A stretch of 64,000 bases of DNA from a virus (Duplodnaviria > Heunggongvirae > Uroviricota > Caudoviricetes), in IMG/VR virus record IMGVR_UViG_3300046787_000302, positions 64,001-128,000 of that record. One strand, 5' to 3'. Below, piece after piece: positions 10,201 through 19,200 of this stretch (its first letter is position 1; every line of letters starts with the position of its first letter). Under the pieces are notes generated by a model. It was not told where the DNA came from, searched no databases, and saw only the letters and a program-made list of their open reading frames with translations. Made by a program: the position numbers and the translations under genes.

Positions 10201-13200
10201 TATAATGCTACCATCTGCTTTTCTTGGCTTTTCAAATAAGGCAACTCAGATACTTGTTAACTATGGAGTATCTAATAAAGACTTTACGTTTAATATTGCA
10301 AGACCAGATAGATCAAACTATCAGAATGTTGAGTTTACATACACTGGAGCTAAGTCATCAAACTCTGCAAATACAGAAGTAGAGGATTTAGATCTTGATG
10401 TTGAAACAGTTGATGAAACAACTGAAGCAACTGATACACCTGAAGCAGTTCAAACAACTGAACCGGTTGATACTACAACAGAAACTCCAGTAGTTACTGA
10501 GCCTGTAACAGAAGACGAAAACGTTGATCCAGAGCAAGAAGAGTTTGATAATAATCCGGAGAATAGTACAGAAGTTAATGGTACTAAGTTTATACTTGGT
10601 CACTATATAGTTCTTACTGATGGATCAGATACTGCTTTAAAGATTATATCTGTTACTCCGGATAAAGTATGGGCTATTCATGGAACGGAGAGTGAACTTG
10701 AGTTTAGTACTGATGAGTTATCTGATATGCTTACAAAAGGTCAGATTCAGATTGTGGCTAATCCAACTGCAAAGAAAGTGACTACTCCTGTTGAAGAAGT
10801 TACTGAGACACAGAAGAAAGATCTAAAAGATAAAAAAGCAGTACAGGAAGAAGATGCTGACTTTGACGACTTAGAGTATACGGCAGATAACGTTGGTTTT
10901 TCTTATGCAAGAAAAGATTCAGATGGGTCAACAGTATACGAAGACTCAAGAACACCAATAAGTTCTGGTTCTAAGATTAATAACTCTTCAGATAACTTTA
11001 CTGTATACACAGATAAGAAAGGTGTTCGTCGTCTTAAGAGAGGTGATTCAAAAGAATCATATCCATTAATAATGGGTACTTCTCGTATTAAGTTTGGTAC
11101 ACCACTAACTTTTGAGATAGATGTAAACATTGATGATTTTGATGACTACGACTATGTTCAACAGACTGGTATTACAAAACGTAAGAAAGCTGACTTCTTT
11201 AATGCAGACGGCTCAATAAAGCCTGAAGCTATTGATGATTTTCCAGTTGCTATCTATACTGTTGAAAACGGTAAAAAGATAAAGCTTGGGTACTTACCAA
11301 CAGTTAAGTTTGTTACTGCTCGATACAATGACTCAGGAGTCCTTGCTCATACAAAAGAGTTTACAACTACTGAAGACGGTGATAGTGTAAACAATCTTGA
11401 GGTACAGACTAATGCTATAAAAGAACATAGAAAGTCTTTATTTAACGGATACAATACGAATCCTAACGCTGTATTTACATCTTCTGTAACCTTTAAGTCT
11501 AACGGCGTATTAAGAACGGACGGTGTAAAGAAACCTTTGATACAAGCATTAAGTAAGAATACACGTATTGCTATTATCAAACAAGGTCGTGTTCATGTTA
11601 CTGATAAGCATTTTGAAACGGATCTTTACATACCTGAGATTATTACTCAAGGTAAGTCGAGCGGATGGCCTGTTGCTATTATTCCAACTCCATCAGGAAA
11701 GAGTCTTGCGTCATTAGTTACTGTTCCTCAGTTAAAACCAGAACGACTTGATTTTATTCTTGGAGCCTGGACTGCATTCCATACTTATAATACTACAACT
11801 GCTAAGTCACAGCAAGCAACAAAGAAAGATCTTGATATTATAAAAGCTGTATACAAAGCATACGATATTGAGTTTATCGATGGGGAGACTGCTGACTTTA
11901 AAACGTTAAGTAACTACATCAATGACTACGTTACTCATACAAGTTCAGTACAGTATAATCCAATGCTTCAAGGTAAGGGTCACTTTAACATCACACCAAA
12001 AGGATTGCTTAGTGTTTGGAAAGTAAACACAGGTGATAAGAAGAAGGATAGTGTTGTTATAGGTAACTTAACTGAGATAAGTGAAGAGAAAATCAATAAG
12101 TTTTACGATATTGCAGCAAACTTAAGACAAAGTATTCGCTTTGGTACTGAGCAATCTGCAGGTGTTGGTAACGATAAGATGATGACTGTGTTATCTGTTG
12201 ATCCTGATACTGGTGTTTTGACTGAATCAAAGCCTATGACTTATAATGATTATATGTTACAGACTCTTGAAACAACATTAGAAGAGGGACGTCCTTACGA
12301 TGAGAATAATACTGAAGCAGATGAGTTAATACACTTTGCTAATCCAGTTGTTGTATTTGGTAAGATTGATAGTCAGGCTCCATCTACTGGTGCTAAACCA
12401 ACAGAAGCACCAAAAGCTCCTGCTCCGGTTACTCCAGTTGCTCCGGTATCTCCTGCTAATGGAGTTGCTGCAATACAGTTTACTGATTCATCAGTACAGA
12501 TTAAACCTATTGTTATTGAAGGTAGTGCTTACAATGTAGTTAATACTTCAATGCGACCAAAAGCATTAGTTGATATTAATGGTACTATTGTTCCTTTCTA
12601 TATTACAAGTGGTCTTGGTGGAAAAGGTTTAGAACCTGGTTGGTATCCTTTCTTTGGTATTGGTAAAGATGGTTGGATGAATAAGACAGATAAGTCTGAT
12701 ATGGAAACATATTATGAAAGATACTGGGGAGCAGAAGCTGCAAGTAAGATTAAAGGTATTGCAGAAGAGCTTAATGCTTTTTATGGTACTGATTCTAAAT
12801 CTTTTGAAGATGATAAGCATCCAACAATAACAGAGAAACCTTTAAGTGCTTTAGCTGATGCTGTTGAAGATCATATTAACGAACAACTTTCTGTAACACC
12901 TGCACTTAATAATGGAGATGCAAGAAAAGTTTTACGTAGTAATGTGGAGCAGTTAGGTAAAGAGATTACTACAAAACAGGCTGATAAAGTCGCTGATTCT
13001 GCGTATATTAATGTAACGGATCAGTCTAAATCAGAGACTGGATTAACTCAAGAAGAAGCTTTAGCTAAGTTTATGGATATGGACTTTGGACAACAGTTTG
13101 GAACTAACCAGACAGTTGACAAAGATGTCGTAAAAGGTAATGAAGATGAGTTAAAGTCAGTAGCAACCACTACACAGAAACTACAGGAAGAGAATAAACT

Positions 13201-13219
13201 TAACAAGAAGTGTAACTAA
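7232..13219 (+). CDS. Giant virion/ejected protein (1995 aa)
   Basis: Long ORF with Ala/Gly-rich hydrophobic segments in the N-terminal third, an acidic T/E/P-rich linker and a C-terminus ending KKCN; directly precedes the RNAP as in crAss-like ejection gene blocks. Confidence 0.65.
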   Translation: MAEEYQPIAASGAPIPEVDLAALNPTAAIDPLANLQQSMAIGESDRIVRNSIADLKQSLSTPTADEMLRPIGYDPIETNRDRYVNSDYFGELGFNPFSNNEEIYGNAQTNFNKLKNAFTGMGALAWHQAVDQFKSWGNTFDVLGTQEMSSAFQQAEMEELSRRQNEMLNANPIFETQADRESIFNFNTIANTVQQSGFAVGAIAEIAAEEAALTYLTAVTFGGASELQAARTIKLASNIGKAARRTAELSESINSASNMRKAFNAVQKAAQLINPVDNVMEFASGFKAMRRADELAYGATKVSSLRTAARGFGSLYRDVREFNLAVSEAKAEAAGTYTELSEQMTDNFETKYGRKPTDLELKDINDEALRGAQSNGAANTALILMSNKLAFGNILKGFKPLRYMMDEDIMKGLAVVSDKDALKLGKKVIEAGDNRWLYYKNAIVSNPLKYLGANLSEALQENAQSISNDAVKSWYMAKYNGQELDSKFDAIREAAGNQFTTEGAKTFISGFFTGGLLGAGSKAFEQAGSIQQYFTDKKGYEDRKAKEQAARTSVKNTVNQIYANPLSYNYNKDNAAAQANFAAMLKESAINKDKKAFNDIQDDATRHFILTGINTGMLDLLNDRLTDYVKNLNENEFTEAFGVEYTKENHADMVKQTQVFAKRAEEVKEIHSKLSSDYANPFNPGNFKHGTKEYIKEAMSHVAYKEAINQLTFMQDTYNRAITRQQEVLDGIKTKPGFENVGFNDIYSLTSISHLANEIDLLRKEVEATEDKKIKAEKEKKIKQLDKYNDDLISYLDKVDEINANKELDPKKKSEELTAALDAFTKEALPTFTSQINDQLKKAGKQPVQDNSARAAFENLTDYFHLQGDHEALLQNINYIVDPINFSEYLNRHNEEMVKYFENKMKVDKKNEKERARDKRTAEDALSGAVVPEDGEGIDESDLTEEDDFETEVPNGGSINVEELVKELKDAYAAVVKSQLEIVSDFEGSSIMLPSAFLGFSNKATQILVNYGVSNKDFTFNIARPDRSNYQNVEFTYTGAKSSNSANTEVEDLDLDVETVDETTEATDTPEAVQTTEPVDTTTETPVVTEPVTEDENVDPEQEEFDNNPENSTEVNGTKFILGHYIVLTDGSDTALKIISVTPDKVWAIHGTESELEFSTDELSDMLTKGQIQIVANPTAKKVTTPVEEVTETQKKDLKDKKAVQEEDADFDDLEYTADNVGFSYARKDSDGSTVYEDSRTPISSGSKINNSSDNFTVYTDKKGVRRLKRGDSKESYPLIMGTSRIKFGTPLTFEIDVNIDDFDDYDYVQQTGITKRKKADFFNADGSIKPEAIDDFPVAIYTVENGKKIKLGYLPTVKFVTARYNDSGVLAHTKEFTTTEDGDSVNNLEVQTNAIKEHRKSLFNGYNTNPNAVFTSSVTFKSNGVLRTDGVKKPLIQALSKNTRIAIIKQGRVHVTDKHFETDLYIPEIITQGKSSGWPVAIIPTPSGKSLASLVTVPQLKPERLDFILGAWTAFHTYNTTTAKSQQATKKDLDIIKAVYKAYDIEFIDGETADFKTLSNYINDYVTHTSSVQYNPMLQGKGHFNITPKGLLSVWKVNTGDKKKDSVVIGNLTEISEEKINKFYDIAANLRQSIRFGTEQSAGVGNDKMMTVLSVDPDTGVLTESKPMTYNDYMLQTLETTLEEGRPYDENNTEADELIHFANPVVVFGKIDSQAPSTGAKPTEAPKAPAPVTPVAPVSPANGVAAIQFTDSSVQIKPIVIEGSAYNVVNTSMRPKALVDINGTIVPFYITSGLGGKGLEPGWYPFFGIGKDGWMNKTDKSDMETYYERYWGAEAASKIKGIAEELNAFYGTDSKSFEDDKHPTITEKPLSALADAVEDHINEQLSVTPALNNGDARKVLRSNVEQLGKEITTKQADKVADSAYINVTDQSKSETGLTQEEALAKFMDMDFGQQFGTNQTVDKDVVKGNEDELKSVATTTQKLQEENKLNKKCN

Positions 13220-13220
13220 T

Positions 13221-16200
13221 ATGGCATGTTTATATAACATCAATGGTTCTGAGTTTTCAGAAACAGAAGTTAAGCAACTTTTAAAGAGTGCTGCAACTTT
13301 ACCTGGTAACGAAGGCTTGTCAGATGATCAGCTTTTAGATCTAGTAAAAAGTGCAGTTGAAGATCGTTTTGTTAATATTAACTTATTCAATCTTGTTCAA
13401 GAGCAGTCTATTACTAACGCTATCTTTTCTCAGTTTGTTGATGAGATTGGTTTATTAAAACCAGGTGGTAAGTATGAGAAGTCATCTCGTATATTGTTTG
13501 CTGAGATCAAAAGTAAACTAAAGAACTCTGCCTTAAAGATTAAGTACTTTACTGATAATATAGCAAAAGACGAAGAGTCTTATAACAAGTTAAAAGAGTC
13601 AGCAAACGAAGCAATGCTTGCAAAGATTCCTGAACTTGGTATTCTTGATTATAAAGAGTTCTCTTATCTTGGAGAACTACTAGATAACGTTACTGATGAT
13701 ATTAACTTTGATCGATTCACAGAACAAGTAGCAATAAAGCTTAATCGTTTAGGACTACGTATTAATACAGATAGTCAAGTAGAAGATTTTGGTTTAACTG
13801 CTGATTACTATGAGAGTTTACTTGTTGATTCAGGTGAGTTGTTTGGTGATGATGATGTTGATGTTGAAGATAACTCAGTAAATGAAAGCTTTACTGATGC
13901 ACGTTCGTTTCAGATGAATCCGAAAGATACTGCTACAACTCGTGTAAAGCTTTTATTTTCAAGTATTAAGAGTGACAAAGCTAATCTATTAGGTCTAGCT
14001 GATTTCGTTGCTTACGATCAAGTATTTGAAGACTTGTTAGTATTAGGTGCTGGCTTACAACATGTGACTTACGATGCTTTACAAGAAGCTCTTATTGAAA
14101 AAGCTCAGGTTAAACCTTACTTATTAAACGTACACAAAAAGCTTGGTCAATTACAAGCTGAGAATAATGTACAGTTGATTAATGAAGTTCTTACAGTAAT
14201 TAATAAAGCGTACACTGATCATACCATGTTACTTTGGAAACAAAGTGAAGAGGGTGGTATCAGCATGCGTGTTATTAGTTCTAACCGTAATAGCGTTATT
14301 CGTCAGATTAAAACTGACTGGTTAGAGTTACAGAAAATGTCTGTTCTTATTACAAAGAACAAGTTTGGTAACTTAGTAATTAACACTGATCTAGCTAATA
14401 AGTTAAAAGAAGAATACTTAGAAGTACGTCAAGGTAATAGTATCACAAAGAAGAAAGAGTTTTTAAAAAAGCTTTTTGCTTCGATGAATATTCCTGTTGA
14501 TGATGCTTATATTACACACATTAATGATGCGATAAAGAAAAAGAGGTTTAGAACTTTCAAGACTAGCACTCTTTCTGATATGTTTTCAACAGGTAACATT
14601 GTTGATAATATCATTACTACATTAACTAAGGATGTCGACACTCAGTCTGAAGCAGCAAACTACGAAGATAAGAACAACCCAATTGTTCACGAGCGAGTAT
14701 TTAACATATTTGCAGATCTTTACTACGATCTTCACTCAGATGTTTATCAGACTGGTAGTTATACAAACGGAGAGAATAAAAACATCTTTGCTTATGTTCA
14801 ACCTTCTTACTTAGAAACAGTAAAAAAGAAGTTAAAGACAAAAGAGTTCTTAGATGTTCTTGCTAATCGTGCTTATAGTAAAAGCTCTGAAGCAGTTCGT
14901 CGTTTAAGAGAAGATGAAACAAACAGTGATGATAGTTTCGTATTTAGCTTAAGTTACTCTGATAGTATTAAAGCAGATGAAAAAGGTGAGATAGGTAAAG
15001 TAAAAAAGAATCAGTCACAACGTGAGTTGATACTTGATAGTTACCTTAAGCATCAAAATAACTTTGGTAAGACTGGTTACTACAATACATTTACTTTATC
15101 TGATAAGACAGTAGCACCTGTATTACAGATAACAAAAGATAGTTTAGATCCAGCAAGTAGCTTTGCGTTCTTTAGAACTAAGCCTACTGTTCGTGAGTCA
15201 TTTGAGTTCAAGGATTCTTTTAAGAATAAGTTATACGACTTAGCACAAGCTGAGATTGATCGTATGATTGCTTATGCAACTTACAAGAAGAAAGATAAGT
15301 TACGCATAGCTAACTTTGAAACAGCAAGTAAGATATTCTTTTTATTCCCGGTATTAAACAATCGTGCTGACGGTAAGCTTAATGCTATTCGTACTAAGAT
15401 CTACCAAGGTGTTGAACCTTCATCTGAAGATGCAGATTACTTAAAGACACTTATTGGTGAGTCAATAAAGGAGGATGTGCTAAAGGAGTTAGCTAACCTT
15501 ACTCGTAAGAATATTATAGTTAAAGGATCTACATCAGTTGATGACAATGGAAAAGTAAGTACAAACTACTCTTTCCCTTTCTTTAACAAGATCTACATGA
15601 ATCAGTTGTCTCAACTAGACTCATCACATCAAGCAATCTTTGCAATCGCAGATCTTAAGTATAACTTCTTGAGAGCTCAGATTAATACTACCCAAGTGTT
15701 AGGAGCTGACTTAGCTTTATTCTATAAGGAATCAAAGGTTGTTACTGCAGAGAAGATTAAAGATGCTTTTGGTGAGTCACTATCTGTTAATCAGTTATTG
15801 TCGTATAACGTATCAGCTGAGAACACACCAGAAGAATCAGCAAAGCGTAAGATTATAAACGATGTTATTAATAGTACTGTTTTAAGTACTACTGATGAGT
15901 TCTCAAAACGTGCTGCAATGTTTATTGCCCCAGGTTCTCAAGGAACTACAAAGTGGCAAGGAACAGATGGTAAGATTGTTGATATCTCTTTATACAACAT
16001 GCTTACACTAAAAGATGTTGTTAAGTCAAACGAGTTCTTTTCAAAGATTGAGATTACGGATGCTCAAGAGTTTGTTACTGTTGAAGAGCATATCAATCGT
16101 ATGATGTCTGAAGGTAGACTTCCATTAGATATATACGAGTCTATAAAAGCAAAGATTGCAAAAGCTGCAAAGAATAAGTCTTACGATTATACATTAACAG

Positions 16201-19200
16201 ATATTGAGCTTGGTTTTGTATTACAACCAACAAAGCCTGTACATTCGTCTAACTCTGAGATAGATGGGTTTAACGAGATCAACTATGTTAAGTCTTCTGC
16301 TTATCCTCTTATCCCAGATAACACACGTGGTTCAGAAATGAACAAGCTTCGTATGTTTATGGAGAAGAACAAAGTAGGTTCTGCTGCTTTTAAATCAGCA
16401 ACAAAGACGGGTTCTCCTGTACAGTTACTTGAAGTATTTGATACAGACGGTAACTTTATTGAACCTACAAAAGCTGAACTAGCAGGAAACATACAAGAGT
16501 TATCACGCGAAGGATTACGTACACAGCAAGAGATTCCTCATCAGAAAGAATTAATCAACGTTGTTAGTCAGATGGACCGTCAGTTATTTGAAGGTTCTCT
16601 TGACGTTACTGACTTTGAGTTAGCTGGTCAAAAGTTTAATACTGCTCAGTTCAAGTCACTAAAAGAAAGAATACGTACAGAGTTATTTGAACGTAACGCT
16701 TCTGAGTTACTTGAGAGGATTGGTATAACTATCAACGAAGACTTTGTTACTTTTAAGAGCGAACGTAGCTTAGCTCGATTGTTAAAAGAAGAAGCTATTG
16801 ATCGTAACATGAGTATAAACGATATCAAAGCTATTGCCACAAACAAAAACGGTAAGCTTGTTATCCCGGTGTACTTATTAAGTAACAGTGCTAAGTTTGA
16901 AGGATTACTTACTTCTTTGTTTAGTAAAGTTGTTAAACTAAAAGTTACCGGAACATCTCTTGTTCAAGTATCTGCAGTTGGTACAAAGCTTTCTGAGTCT
17001 GAGCTATCAGATAAGATAAAGAACGAGATTGTATATACTGAGTACTATGATCCGGAAAAAGGGTTACAGTACATTAGAAGAACAAAAGCTGCAAAAAACA
17101 GAAAAGCAAAAACAGAGGCTGCTCAAGTATTTGTATCTCAGTATTTAAAAGACGAAGACGGTAATCTGATTAACTTGAAAGACTACGCTGAAGCAGATGC
17201 ATCAGGTCGTTTAGTTCTTGATCAAGATAGAATACCATCAAAGTTATTAGAACTTATTGGTGCACGTATTCCTAATCAGTTGCACTCATCAATGTTACCT
17301 ATTGTTGTTGCAGGTTTCTTACCATCATATATGGAGAACACTATTATTGTTCCAGATGGTATTACAGCTCAGATGGGTTCTGACTTTGACGTTGATAAGT
17401 TATATGCTTACTTATCTAATCCTACATATAACTACAAGTATACTGCTACTGTTGAGATTGATGCTTTAAAAGAGCAGAAGAAAACTATTCTTGATGAGTA
17501 CAAAGACTCTATTCAGAAGCTTGACGACGAACTAAAAGGCTTATTAAACGATGAGCAACAGTCTGAGATCAAAAAGCTTAACGATAGCATCGATAAGTAT
17601 AGAGCTCGTTTAGGTTATAAGAATCTTGCTGAGAAAGAGCGTGAACAAAAACAACGTATCCTTGATAGCTTATATGAAAAAAGATCTGCTATCTATGATG
17701 AAGTAGCAAGTGGCTCTGAGCGTAAGAAACTTAATCAAGCAAAGTATAAGTTAAAGCAAGAAAGAGCTGCAAAGCTATCTGAGATTAACGATAAGATAAA
17801 AGAGATACGCAAGAATAACATCGAGTCTCTTGATGTTGTTAACTATGCGTTGAACGAAGACATGAGTGTTAGAAATCTAAACACTTTTGATCTTTCTCAA
17901 CTATCTGAAAGTGAGTTACTTGAGATGTATAAAGATATTCACTGGTCTGTGCTTAATCATGCAAAGACCTTTGATAAGATTACAACATCTATTGACTTGT
18001 CTGACTATGAAGATGAGAAGAAGTATTTCTATGAGAACGGTATTGTTGAGTTACCAACTAACTTCTTACCTTTTGACTATAATACACAGATCAATACTTT
18101 CTTGGATAACAGAAGTGGTAAGTTAGGTACTGGTATATTTGCTCAGTTGCTTTCTTTCCTCGCAGAACACCAGGACAAAAAGAATGTTGCTTTTGGTAGT
18201 ACAGGTATTACGATTATAAAAGATAACGGTGAAGAGATTCTTTTAAACAGATTAACAGCAGAAGGTAGTACTACGTTTAAGAGTGATGCAACACTTAATA
18301 CTTTAACAAGAACAAAGACGCAAAACGTATCAGCTTCTCTTAATGAGTCTCTTGATAATGCAAAGAACAAGAACCTTAACGTGTTTAATATTAACTCGTT
18401 ATCAATGGCTCCTGCAAAGCTTCTATTGTCTTTAAGTTCAGATCAGGGAGAGATTGCTGATATTCGTTATGTTACTCGTTTCTTTCCTCAGTATATTCTG
18501 AAGTATCTAAATGAGCAGGAAGAGATTGCAAAAGATTCTTTCTCAACTCGCAAAATGTACTCATCTGATGTTATAAAAGAAGTTAAGTTTAAGTTTATTA
18601 ACTTACTTACTCCTCAAGCACAAGACTTAGCTACCCCTGAGAATATTGAAAAAGTGATGCTTCACTCACCAGATGAGTTATTAAACTTACTAAAGCAAGA
18701 AGCTCGCTTAAGACCTCGTCTTAATCAGTTGATGTTAGCTTATGATCCAGCTGTTGTTAAGATGCAGCCAGTTGAGAGAAAAGAACTTGATGAGTATATC
18801 ATGAAGCAGCTTGGCATTTTAACTTACTACGAGAGACTACAATCCTATAGTGTTCCTCAATCTACGTTGATGAATAATAGCAATGTAATCAGTCAAGGTA
18901 TTGGTTCTGATCTATTTAGCTTCTTAAATAAATATCGTAAGTTCCAATCCATATCAAGAGCTGCAGACTCAGTTAACGGAGAAGGTTTACCTGTCGTAAT
19001 ACAGAATCCATATGGTGAAGCAGAGGTTGTTGATAACTTGATTAACATTGGTGATATCTTTGGTACATTTGAAGTTGATGATATGACCGGCACTGTTGAC
19101 TTCAAACCAACAACTCAAACAGGGCATGCTGTTAATAATAGTTTAGTTCTTGCTCATAAAGTATTAAGTAAGATTGCACCAATACACTTTGATCCTGTAT

